A stretch of 64,000 nt of DNA from Vicugna vicugna (lineage: Eukaryota), in NCBI GenBank assembly GCA_013265495.1, contig MU061578.1, forward strand, positions 1,993,308 to 2,057,307. The letters are read 5' to 3'. The notes beneath the pieces were generated by a model, which did no database searches, was not told where the DNA came from, and saw nothing but the letters and a program-made list of their open reading frames with translations. Below, piece by piece: positions 50,731-63,115 of this stretch (positions are counted from its first letter, which is position 1; each line of letters begins with the position of its first letter). Both the position numbers and the translations under genes were made by a program.

Positions 50731-53700
50731 GCAACAAGCTTATTCCTCCCAATTAGTAGGCAAGATGCGTTTCCACTCTTGTTATATGTAAAAAATCCTG
50801 ATTTTAGGTCCGACCAGTGCCAATTACTTATTTCTTTAAACACGGTGTCCTATATTTGTTTCCAAGACAAGAAACAGAGTGGGTAAGTACAGCATCCAAT
50901 CACTTATGTCAGAAATTTGGAGAATCCTCCCCTCCTTCCAGAGCCAAAATGTCCTTCATCTGTAAACACCGGGGGAAGCTGTTATAATTTTATACTTGCT
51001 GAATAACAAACGATCCTTTATTCTCCCATCAAGTCATTATGGGTCTCAGGATACACTTTCTATTCCTGGAATCATGGCTAAATGCTCTTTAAGTGGTGAA
51101 AAGTGATCTCTAAGTGGGCTTAAGTTGTGAAATGTACATTATCTGAATGGTGAATTTGGCTGAAATAGAGAAACAGATGGCCGAGGCCCTGTTTCAGCTT
51201 CTAAAAGTAAAACAAAGTAAGGAGAAGAAAGAACCATAATACATAAACCCCAGAGATGCACCGTATGAATAACCTCACATGTCAAAAATATATCTATTTA
51301 CCCAGAAAAACCAATTTAAACACAAACTCTCCTCCCCACAAGCAAAAAGGAATTTGGAATACTTCTCTTGTAAAGCATTCATTCTCCTCTTAAAAAAAGG
51401 CAAGATTTGTTTAAAGTGCTGAGTAGATGGGACATGAAAAAGAACCAAATAATATCGAAGAGATTTGAATCAGGCTTTCTCTAGAGAAATCACCCCACCC
51501 CAGTCCCCTGGACAAAAGACACTCATCTTTTCACGCCATGTATCCCTTTTCAATGCTCCAAGATTGGATTCACTTGTATAATCATCACTGTCGGGTGAAG
51601 ATGCTTTATCAGAAGTCAGGATTACTCATCTCCTGTTCTGGCTCTTCCTTTGTAGCCACCTTGATTCCCCACCCGCATCTTGAGTCCAGAGGCAAAGGAA
51701 AGCTTTCACTCTGTGTCCAGATGATTTACTCAGCTCTTGCAACCTCCCTTCTGACAAACCCTGACCCCCTGTGCACAAACAGTGATTTTATAGGGAGGGG
51801 ATGGAAAGAGGAAGCAGCATAGTAAGTACAAGTCTGTGTGGTGTTTGCTTTTGCAAGATGTGACATTCATCTGCAGTCACTGTCTTCCTTAACTCCCCAG
51901 ATACTGAGTCTGAAAGAGTTGTTCCGGTTTCACTGATATGAAGGCTGAGGGGCAGCAATTAAGCAAAACAGTGCAGTTGCCCTTAATATAAACATTAAGG
52001 ATGGATGGATGGATGGATGGTCAGATGGATGGACATGCAAGACTGATCTCAATATCTTCTAGACAATGCTGCTTGGTGTCACTAAGGACATCATAACTTC
52101 ATAAAGATGGATCTTTAGAGATCTAACTAGCATAAACAATAGCACGGTCTGAGAGCTAGTTTTTTGCAAGAAGCTGGCAAAGGCTAGATCTTTAGCACAT
52201 CCAGGTCTAAGAGGAGGGACAGAGGGAGACAGGAAGGAAGGAAGCAATAAAAACTACTAACTACTCATATTCCTGATAGGAAATCATTGGAATGAGCGTG
52301 TCTGAGATTAAAAGGCATGGAATTGTGTTTTTCTGTTCCACCCACCTCCACCTCAAGTCCTCAAAAACTCGACTTCAAACAAAAGCTGTCTTTTCACGAG
52401 CCTTCCCCTGTGTCTGCCTTTCGCTCCTCCGGCATTGCCCCTTTGAAACCTGGCATCCTTTCAAGTATGAAAAAGCCGGGTCAGGCCTTCGTCTGAAGCG
52501 AAGGCTTCAGGCTTTCATTCTCTCTGAAGATTCCCCCTCATCTCTGACCTCACCACCAGCAAGACATCTTGTCCTGTATCTGGAATTCAATTGAGCAGCT
52601 GCCTACTTCTGGTAACCTGAATAAAGTGAGGCTTGCCTCAAAGGAACACGGCAAACCCTCGGAAAATTCAACAATGCCAAGGGGGCTTGGCAAAAATGAG
52701 ACAATTGCAAGACATTTCCCCGCCGTGGTCCCAGGAGACAGTCCTTCCTCTCCAAATCTGCCCCCTCTTTTTTTCCTCCCAAATATTCTAAACTCTAATC
52801 TCTCTCCATAGCTCCAAGTTGTTAAATCAGAGAAATGCGGGTCCCACTCTTGGCTGGGCACCTTTGCTCTGCTTTTCCCTATCGGTCTGTCCCCATGTGC
52901 AGGCAGACACCAAGCCCATCTGGTTTCAACATTCTCTTCCCCAAGCCCAGACCAGTGCCTGTCACCACAGGAACCCTTCAATGAATATTAGTTGAATAAA
53001 TGAATGGATGAGGCATAGGCTGTGGAGAGAAGAATGGATCTTATTAAATTTAGTCTGATATTAGAATAGGATTAGGAAAATTCTTTAGGGGTTGGAGCTT
53101 ATTAATAAACAGTTGCATGATATTAAACTATGAAGACAGCGGGGGGAAAAACCCAGCTCATTATTCTGATATTTCCTTCATAACATAAAGCCAATGAATA
53201 AGCTGCATTTAGAGGAGGTGGTGATATATTTAAGCCCCGTAAATATCAACATTAGTACACAGCCTCCGTGCAATCTAATTTGCTCTCTAGCACAATTCAT
53301 CATAACTGAAGTGCGTTTTTGCTTATAGCGGTTGTAAAAGCTCACTTGATTTATTGCTTTTTTGTGCACATACCCCACCCCGCTGCCCCGCTTCTGTATA
53401 CTCTGGGAAAATTCAGTTACACATGGATCTCTTTCTTCGGGGAAAAAGAGAGATTCTTGTCACCAGGAATTTACAAACACAAACTTACTTTCCCCTCTAG
53501 AGGACACATATCATAAAACGGGGGTTTAATCCACTGCACATCAGCCCTTTGGGGACGAATCTGTACTCAGCCTCTGTTCTTTCGGTACACAGCTCACTTG
53601 CAAGGTCTAAGAAGAAAGTCCTAACTCTTTATGAGATGTTCAGCAGCCCCTGTCTCAAATATTTATTGCTGGTGATCAGTGTTAACAGTCAATGGGCTAA

Positions 53701-53983
53701 CTGGAGATGTGATTTCACCATGTACCGCTCACGGACCATTTTATTTCTGTATCCCTAATGCTCGTCACCACCAACACCTGCCCACGGAGGCTCTCAAGGA
53801 TCATTTTCATTGATTTGGTCAGGAACCTTCTCTCCCAGTAGTGAGGTGGTGAGGATGGAGGAGAAGGGGGGGCGGGGCCAGGCAACTCATGCATAGATAA
53901 ATCACGAGATTTTCCATCTTCCTTTTCTGAAGAAATTCTAATGAGACCTCAACAGGGACCTTTATTCAAATACAGATGGGTTA

Positions 53984-54133
53984 AGGAGGGTGAGGGGATG
54001 GCAAGGGAAGGAAATAGAGGAGACGGAAAGAGAGGGGACAGAAGAGACAGGAGGAAGAGCAGGAGAGGAAGAAGAAAAGGAGGAGAGGGCGGAGAGAGGA
54101 GAGGAGAGGAGAATAAAGAGAAAGAAAAAAAAA
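53984..54133. repeat. Polypurine (GA-rich) low-complexity tract
   Basis: ~150 bp that is almost all G/A on +; explains the four overlapping ORFs at 53941-54175. Confidence 0.9.
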
Positions 54134-55634
54134 TCAGGTACCCTGTTTGCTGATGCATCCAAATCCTTCACTTAACAGATTGCAACACTGCACTCTTGAA
54201 CCCAATCCCAGCAGCAGGTGACTCTCATCCTTCCCTGTCTTGTTCCTAAACCCCACTCACTGACTCTGTCCACAGCACGGGAAACCCTTAGGTAAGAGGC
54301 CCTGTGAGAGATGAGAGCCTTTGACAAATACCTGGGAGACCTCACATAACAATGAGAGGCAGGTACCAGCTGGCACGACTTACATTCGGCTAACACCACC
54401 AAAACCGCCCATTTTGCCCCTAGAACCTTCACTGAATGCAAAGGGATGAGACACATTCTGTCACCAAGTAGGTGAAAGAAGCATGCTCAAAATTAGGGCG
54501 ATAGTTCATAGGTTACGGGAAAAAATCTAAACGTGCACCAGTAGGGGGCGGGGCAAATCAAGCATCCCGGAGAACATCCAGAGTGATGATGGTCATGGGA
54601 CTCTGCGTACCGCTTATCTGGGTGCTCTTCTGTCTTTTCCAAGTTTTCTACAATAAAATCCTCTGTATCTCTCGTGCTGGGCTCTACTTCAATGGTCCTC
54701 TCCCTAACTCAACCTTCGTGCTGCCTGAAGCCCTCTCGCAGAGCCTCCACCCCTCCTGTCACCATCATTCCTTCTTCTCTACTATCTGCCTTCCTTTCCA
54801 GACTGCAAACTCCCATGGGAGTAAGAGCTCAACCTCGCTCAACTCTGTTTCCCCGGAGGTTAGCAGGTAATAGTCACTTAACATAAATGTACCGAAAGTT
54901 CAGTGTACAGATTGCTTATTTTAAACGAGAAAAATAACAACAAATGCTCTGTAAAGGCTCTGTTGGACAAAAACCTTTACTCATCGTCAAATGCTACAAA
55001 AGACATGCAGGGTAAGTTTTGTGCCCTAGAAAGGATTCCGTAGGCAGCGCCATCCTCACACAGAGTCCCCTGCCAAAGAACAGCCTTCTTTCTCTAACAC
55101 GTGATTCTACATACTACGCTGGTAAATATCAATGAAGAATCAAAAATCTGAAATAGCCAACAGTAGCCACTGGCTAAATGTAAAGCAGCAGCCAGTGGAC
55201 AACGGTGGCATAATGACCACAATAACTCTCATATGAAGATGCAAGCAGATTTGTGACTTGAGTGCTCAGAAACATAATAGAACTTCACTGGCCCAAGGGA
55301 GTGCAAGATCTGAGTAAGCATTTTCATTACACTGACTATTTCTAAACAAGCAACCAAGCACTATGATTCTTTGCTCTGGTTTGCACGTGCAGAGATCTGA
55401 TACGTAGGATGCTCAAGATACCAACACAGCATTTACCATTCGGGGGACAGACCTCATCTGAGTCCTCATTTGACCTGTGAACATGTCGAATTAACACTTA
55501 GAGCCGGAGTCTGTCTGTCAAGTGGAAAAAGCAGGGTACCTGATGGTAGGAGTCTTTCGGGATTCAAAGCAATATGTTTATACCAATGCTCGGCACAGAA
55601 TAATGGCTCGAAACAAGCCAGCCACTTTTAAGAG

Positions 55635-55820
55635 AATTATCATATAACTTATAATATATACTGTATATAAATAATCTATATATTATATACAAATATAATA
55701 ATTTATATTCTATGTATATAGATGTATATATTTACATATTAATTATACATTTAATATATAAATTTATATATATAGTTAAATATGTACATTATATACATTT
55801 ATGTATAATAATTTATAATT
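55635..55820. repeat. AT-rich low-complexity tract
   Basis: (TA)-rich, with local palindromes such as 'tatataaatttatata'. Confidence 0.85.
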
Positions 55821-56989
55821 CTTCCCTGTCCCCTCCCACATTTTATATGGTGTTTCTTAATGAGCAGATCACTACAAACCAAAATGTGAACTGAAACTTT
55901 GATGCGCTGAGGAGAAGCCTGAAATTTCAGCGTGTTTTCTCAGTTATGTCCACGACCAAGGGGTGTCATCTCGAATATACAAGCAAGGTGCAGATTAAGA
56001 CACTGCAAAACACCAGCTAAGGCCTGAAACCTCTTCTCCGTGTTGGGACAGATCAACGGCACAATAAGGTTTTATTGACTTAACTTTATTTGGAGTATAG
56101 TGGTTAATATAACTATTTAATATATGAATTTCATCCAAAAGATACACCTGTGATTAATATTCTTGCTTCCTAAGAGCACTTTTATTGGCATGTGAGTTTT
56201 CTTTATTTGATTCACTAATATTCCACTAATTATGTTCTTTCTTTGTCTACATTCAGACGCCAAGAGTACAGCATCCTCTCATGGCTAAGCTTATGTTCTT
56301 ACTCTTTCCCCTCCTGGAAGTGACCCCCTGATCCTCTTTCTCCAACCTCTTCTTCAGGGCCAGACACCCCCGATGACTTGGACCTATTCTGCCCTCTTTC
56401 TGCTCTTTCAGACTCTCTCTGCACATCCTGTTCTTCAACCCCTTTCAGTATCAGATGATATTATTTGTTTACTGTTTCCAACCAGGATGCAAGATTGGGG
56501 GCAGGAATGACAGCATGAGCCCTTGCATGAGACCCACTATATCCAGGACATAAAAACTCACAGATCATCACTGAGCATCTGCTGTGTGCAAAGGACCATT
56601 CAACCTCAAATATTAAAAAATAAAAATTTCTAAGATGAGACCCTTACCTTGAGGGAGCTTCCAATTTAGAGGAAAAGCTAGACCTGGGTAAAATTGCTGG
56701 AATGCACAATAGTAACAGAGGCATAAACAAATATTGTTACTGTAAACGCTACTGTGAATAACAGTGCCAACAGTAACAAGAACAAGGAATATTTACAAAG
56801 CACAACACAGAACTTTCAATGAACAGTCTCATCTAGTGGATGGCGGCTCAGGTTGAAGGTAGCAAAGGAAGATGGTTGTCTGAGAAAGAGATGATGAAAT
56901 TCTTTTAAGACTCATAGGACACACCTAGATTATGACCCTGAAATACTCTCAGGGACTAGAACTCTTCAGGGAAGTAGATTATTCCAGGT

Positions 56990-58935
56990 CTGGGATAGGA
57001 CATGTTCTCCATGAATCTGGAATATCATGTCACATTGGATAGCAAGGAAGCCATCAAAGACAAGCAGAGTCATGTCAAAAAGACTCATGAGGCAATTTGA
57101 ACAGGCTCCCGTTAGTCAAAGGCTGAATCATCTTAGCATCAACAGAGAAAATAACTTTAGTCCTTGAGTTTCCAATCATACAAAAAAAAAATGGTGACCA
57201 TCAGTCTATGTAAATCAACCAATTCATTAATCTGAAAACAAAAAAAGGAAAATTGAATGTTTTCCTGTGTGCCCCATGCAAGCTGTATCCCTGAAGATCC
57301 TAAAAGTAGATTGGGGGATTTATTTTTAAGCAGTATTCCAGTAAATTCATGAAGAAGGAAGGGTAAAATTAAGAGCATCACCATTCTGCAACCCCTAAAG
57401 AATTCACTGGTCTGGATGTCGAGTATCAGGGGTTTCAGCATCCCAAAAAAAGGGACACTCATTTGATACTGCAGGACTTCTCCTGTACCAATAGATGACT
57501 AAAGAAATTGAACTTGCATCTAATCATGACTTTGGAACCATTCACAACTTAAAAGAAATACAAAGGACCCTGTGAAACTATACAGCCAGGATGCAACCAG
57601 CAAACACCGGGCTGTGGGGAACACGGAGTGAAAAACAGCCTGTTTCCTTCAACAGTGTCAACAGCAGCCACAAAGAAATTGTAAAAATAAAAACGTTGGA
57701 GTCAGACTGATGAAAAGATCCTTAAAGTAGTTAAAAGGGCCTTTTAAAGACCTATCAGCCAATCACAATGTGTGGATACTATTTGGATACTGTTTCAAAT
57801 GAAAAGACCACTAAAATAATGATACTTCTAAGAAAATCAGATACTTAAACAATGCTTTAATAATTGATGATATTGAGGAATCACTGTTAATTTTTAACAG
57901 GTATGATGGTCATATTAGAAAAAGACCTGTATGGTTATGTTAGATTAAAAAAATGGCACTTAGCCAAAAAACACACAAAAGCAAAAGATAACTGTTGGCA
58001 AGGATGTGGAGAAATTGGAACCCTTGAACACAGTTGGTGAGAAGACAAAATGGTGTAGTGACTAGAGCAAACAGTATGGAGGTTCCTCAAAAAATTAAAA
58101 ATTGTATTGCCATATGATGCAGCAATATCGCTTCCAGGTATTTATCCAGGAGTTGCAATCAGGATCTCGAAGAGCTACCTGCACGCTCATGTTCACTGCA
58201 GCATCGTTCACAACAGCCAAGATACAGACACAGACTAAGTATCCAGCCATGGATGAATGGATAAAGGCAGTATGGTGCATGCATACAGTGGAATATTATT
58301 CAGCACTAAAAAGAAGGAAATCCTATCAATGACAACATGGGCAAAACTGGAGGACATTTTATGTGAAGCGAAATTAACCAAGCAGAGAGGGACAAATACT
58401 GCATGATTCCAATTACCTGAAGTATCTAAAATAGTCAGACTTACAGAAACAGAGTAGAAAGGTGGTTGCCAGGGGCTGAGAGGATGGAGTCGTGGGGTGT
58501 GGATGTTCAACAGGTAAGAGATTTTCATTAAGCAGGAAAAATTCTGGAGCACCTGCTGAACTGCACTGTGCCCACGTTAACAACACTGCTGCACGCTTCA
58601 AATTTTGTTAGGAGGTAGATCTCATGTTAAGTGTTCTTACCACAATAAAAAAAATTAATGAATTAAAAATTTAAAAAGAAAAGCAAAAGACCTCTCATCC
58701 TTTAGAAATGCAAATGGAAATACATATGGAAACAATGTCAAGATGTTTGGTATTTGCTTCAAAGTAACAGGAGACTGGGGAGGGAGAGAGGTCCAGGCTG
58801 TAGCTCAAACAAGCTTACCCACACCTTGGTAATTATCAAATCTTGAGTGATGGCTACCTGGCAGTTCTTTATGCTACTTTCTCAACTTTTGTATACACTT
58901 TGAATTTCGCATAATAAAAACTTCCTTTTAAAAAA
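56990..58935 (+). mobile_element. Old L1MC-like 3' UTR interrupted by a younger L1
   Basis: 'tttgaacaggctccc...tcagccaatcacaatgtgtgga...ttgatgatattgaggaatcactgttaatttt' upstream; 'gatgtttggtatttgcttcaaa...caacttttgtata' downstream. Confidence 0.7.
57955..58680 (+). mobile_element. L1MA/L1MB-like ORF2 end and 3' UTR with A tail
   Basis: 'tgttggcaaggatgtggagaaattggaaccc...acagtatggaggttcctcaaaaaattaaaa...gatctcatgttaagtgttcttaccacaataaaa'. Confidence 0.9.
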
Positions 58936-59819
58936 ATCAATAGAAGATGATATAAGGTGACAGTGATCAAAATGATGGCCAAGGCTCCAAGAGCCTGGCC
59001 CTGTTCATTCCAAGTCTAGCCTCTGTCTAAGTAACGCTGGGGAACTCAGCGTCCACAAATGATGGAAACCCACTTTAGCCAAGATAACCATTTATATTCC
59101 GTGCCCTTATGTAACCATCACAGACTGTGTCATAAGAGAAATAATGCGATGCCTTTAAAGGACATGAATTAGTTATCAGTAGGAAAGAATAAAAAGCATA
59201 TCCACCTCTTCTAGGTATTAATACCCCAAAGCTGTTGCAACTCCCCTTCTCAACTCTGGAAAGGTCACTGGTTTGTAATGAATGATAGGGTCACTGAAGG
59301 CCACAGTATATTAAAAGTGAGCTGAATTTTAAGAGTTTACTGCAAATACAATCTTCCGCCGGGAATTTATTAAGCCCAAGCAAGGTTACAGAGTTATTTG
59401 TGGTGTTTTAATGCTACTTTTATTAATAATAACCTTTCCAGGATGCATCATTTCAGAAGGCGCACGCTTTAATCCAGAAATGTATGTCCTGTATTATTAC
59501 CGGGAACGTGAAGTAATGAAATTTCCGTGGCAGAATAGAAGAAATCACAATTTGGTAGGTTCCTGGTATCTGACAGAAAGAAGCCACTCTTAAAGGTAAA
59601 TAAGCATCAGGGGCTACAGGTAATTCAGAGGTGCTGAGCACCGGAAAGAAATCTGAGATATCCAGAAGAAAATTTCACTCTAAGTTGGATTTAATACTTA
59701 TATTTCTGTTTCCAAAACATCAGTGAACTTCCAAAGGTACAGAGAACTCAGGCTATACATTCCACTGGGTTTGGGAGCGGGAACGAAGAACTTTTCCCCT
59801 TACACAGTCCGCAGTCACG

Positions 59820-60390
59820 TTTAAAAGCGCGAATAGCAAAGTAGAGATCAGAACTCAAATCCCAGCTCAGCCAAGGTTAGCTGCCTGACCTTGCTGGACC
59901 TCAGCGTGCCTGAGCCAACTTCCCCGGATATAAAATCAAAATAATCATCTCTCTCCCATGAAGCTGTTGGAAAGATTCCAGCAGATTCTATACGGCAAAT
60001 TCATGGTCAAATTCCTGGTGCATATTAACCATAATATAAATGGCTCTATTTATTTTCAATTAAAACTATTTTTAAATCCTACAAAGACCTCGGCCTTTGG
60101 CTGGAGGAGGCATTGTCTTCTCGCCCTTTATTTAATGAGCAACTCCTCTATCATACAGCAAACGTGGCAATGAAGTGTGACTGAGTTCTAATCCCAGACT
60201 TAAAAATTTTACTGGCTGGGAAACCCTAGGAAAATTGCTTTACCTCGAAGACATTTATTTATGTGTGTATTTTCAAAGGGACAGAAATAGTAAACTCCCT
60301 TCTGTGTTTTTGTGGACTTAAATGAGATAGCGGACGCAAAACTCTTACACTCTGACCATGACCGTCAACACGTACATACTAAATTAGTAT
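59820..60390 (+). mobile_element. Two degraded MIRs (~59820-60050 and ~60165-60390)
   Basis: 'tcaaatcccagctc...tgaccttg' and 'gagttctaatcccag...ttaaatgagata'. Confidence 0.6.
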
Positions 60391-60844
60391 CGCCTAGCCT
60401 TACAAGGCTCTATGTAAGATTTCACTCAGCCGCACCCACTCCATTTGGGGATTAAGTAATCCCATCCGTGAGAAAGTTATCCCTTCCTCCCAACTTCCTT
60501 TTCTCTCTCTGCATTTCCATTCCCTGCCCGCTGGTTCTGCCCTTGTTGCAGATGGAAGACAGCCAGACCCATCACCAAAAATCCTGGAGTTTTCTAAAGC
60601 TTCGGTCATGTGGCATCTGGCCTCTTTCCTCAGGAACACAATTCAAAGGAATGAGCTTTTCAGAGAAATTTCATTTTTCATCATCTGCCAAGAACCACCG
60701 CAGAGAAAGGATAGATCTAAAAGCCAAATCACATCCTCAGGCATGGTACCATGCCCGTGAATCACAGGGGAAGGGGGGTTTGATCCACTGAATTCTGAGT
60801 ATTTGTGTGGGGTTGGTTAAAAGAAGTGGGCTGGTGCAAGGAAA

Positions 60845-60882
60845 TGCGCGCACACACACACACACACACACATACACACACA
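60845..60882. repeat. (GC)/(AC)n microsatellite
   Basis: Read directly. Confidence 0.9.
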
Positions 60883-61479
60883 TGACGACATTATCACTTG
60901 TTTATAAAGAACATTAGAATGTCAGGTGCTGGTTTAATTTGTTTTGTAGTCAATTTTCCTGCCCCTCAAGGCTCATTAGCCAAGTAATCATTCCATATGA
61001 TAATGTGTCCTCTGTGTTTCCTCCTTGGGTCCAAGAATACATCTTCAGCTCCACTCCCAGCAGCGGGTGTCCTTCATCAGCAACCTTGCCTGGCTTGGCT
61101 GAAAGGATGCCAACACCGCGCATGTGCTTCTCCTCCCCGACATCCATTAACTCCCTTTACCATATACTTAGACATCTGGCCAAGGAATCAACAAGCTCAT
61201 TTCTCCCACCCTCCACACTAATCCAGCATCATGTCTGTTTCCTCACAACGTGTCCCTATGAGAGAGACAGCCAGATCAAGCCAGCATCATTTCAAGTTAT
61301 ACTGACTTTGGCCAGATGCTCTATGTCTGGGAAACAGTGCTTACTGAAAGTTTCATACTAGTCATTCTTGAAAGCACAGCAAAGGCTACCACGGAGTGAA
61401 GGTCTGGGATTCTGGGCCACAGAGGGTTTCAAGAAGGATCCAAGGTTGTTCTCCCTAACCTGGGGCCAGTCTTTCTTCA

Positions 61480-62608
61480 GATTCATGATACTTCCTTGGC
61501 ATCAACTCTTCTCCGGCTACATTCTCTCTCCTTGAAGACTCATTCCATACGATGACATTTAATGTGATGATGGGTAGACGCCCCCCCCCGAATTCTATCT
61601 TTAGATTTGACTTCTTCCCTGAGCTCTTGACTTGGGTATCAACTCTATTCTTGAATCTATACCTGAACATTTCACAAGCATCTCAAACTTGTCCAACATG
61701 GAGCTCTTTAGTCTTGACATGTCCTACAAATTGGTCCTTCTGATAGCTTTCTCCCTCTTCAAGTCACTACCATTTACCCACTTGCTAGGAGTCACCCTTC
61801 ATTCCTCCACCTGTCAGTGTTACCAACAAATTATATCCATCCCTACTGCCACTTCTCTAGGAATGGCCACCATCACCACTCACCGGGGTTACTCTGAGTC
61901 TACTGACGGGTTTCCCTGTGTCTGCTTTTGATGCCATCTCCACTACTACATCTTCCACATAGCAACCAAAGTGACCGTTTCCACACTTAAATCTGAATAT
62001 CTCTCTTCTTTGCTTACAGCCATCAAACGGTTTCCCTTGGTGCTTAGGGAAGGACTCAAAGTCCTCCTCCTGGTACGCAATTCCCAGCATCTGTCCCGCC
62101 CCTACTTCTTCATATAATTAGCTCTCTCACCCAGTGCTCCACTACCACTGACCCCTTTCTGCTCCCCAATAAATCAATCTCATTTCTACTTCATTTGCCC
62201 TTGCCCTTCTGTTCCCCTGGGACAGTAGTGCCCTGAGTCTTTGCATGCCTTATCCTGACTCTTCTGGTCTTAGCCAAAATGCCATCTCTTCGGGGAAACT
62301 TCCCACCTGTGGTAGCAAATCAAACGCCAAGTGACCCACGCCCTCCACGAAAGGTAGCTCCCTAACACATCATGTTTTATTTACTCCATAGTGCGTAGTA
62401 CCGCCTGCACTTCTCTTGTTGACTCATATTTATTCATGAAGTGTATCTTTCCACTACTTTCATTGGAATAGGCAAGGGAAAGGCCCCACTTACCTTTGTC
62501 ATTAATCTATCTTTAGCTCCTAAAAGATGCCTAGTGTATGACTGGTATCCAATATATACTCAATGAATAAAAAACAAATGGATGGATGGATGGATGGATG
62601 GATAGATG
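61480..62608 (+). mobile_element. Long L2 3' fragment (~1.1 kb) with (GGAT)n tail
   Basis: 'gcatctcaaacttgtccaa...ggagtcaccctt...ccatccctactgccac...tcttccacatagcaaccaaagtg', ends 'aatgaataa...gatggatgga'. Confidence 0.8.
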
Positions 62609-62794
62609 TAAAGAGGCTTGACTGTGTTTTTCTATTGAAGACTCCTTTAAGTCTATGACCCTAAAACCCAAATTAAACTACAATTTTCTGACCCCTAGAG
62701 AACTCTCCCCGAGTCTTGATTCAAGTCATCAAAGACCCAAACGTTAACATTCAGCCGTCCTAAGAAGTGATCCGTCACCACCCAAATGCTCCAC

Positions 62795-63115
62795 TTCCTT
62801 GCTACTCAAAGGATGATCTGTGGATCAGAAGCATCAGCATTACTCAGGAGTTTATTATAATTTTAGAATCTCGGGCCGCACCCCAGACTCACTGAATCAG
62901 CACCTGCATTTTAACAAGATTCTCAAGTGATCTGCATGCCCATCAAAATTTGAGAAGCCTCATTTTGGTTCCATTGCAATGAGCCCAGATGCTTACGAGA
63001 AGCCCCGTCCCAGATCAATTAAATCTAAGTCCCTGGGGCCACTGCCTGGGCACCATTGGTACTTTTAAGTCTCCCTCAAGTATTTTAATGTGCAATCAGT
63101 AGCAAAAACCACTGA
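62795..63115. mobile_element. Adjacent MER5A1-like and MER5B-like MITEs
   Basis: 'gctactcaaag...gcatcagcat...actgaatcag...ctgcattttaacaagat...tttgagaagc' then 'ccagatcaattaaatc...taatgtgca...aaaccactg'. Confidence 0.8.

Noticed and set aside
50850..50890. Plus-strand 16-nt microexon-like pattern (aag|ACAAGAAACAGAGTGG|gtaagt)
   Set aside because: Weak AAG acceptor, not 3n, and opposite to the inferred host strand
53941..54175. Charged and Leu/Ser/Pro-rich ORFs on both strands
   Set aside because: Artefact of a stop-poor polypurine tract
60939..61361. 140-aa plus-strand ORF in unique DNA
   Set aside because: Non-ATG start and no recognisable protein; more likely non-coding
61564..61622. C/D-box snoRNA-like GTGATGA...CTGA
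   Set aside because: Lies inside an L2 fragment, with no terminal stem or recognisable guide
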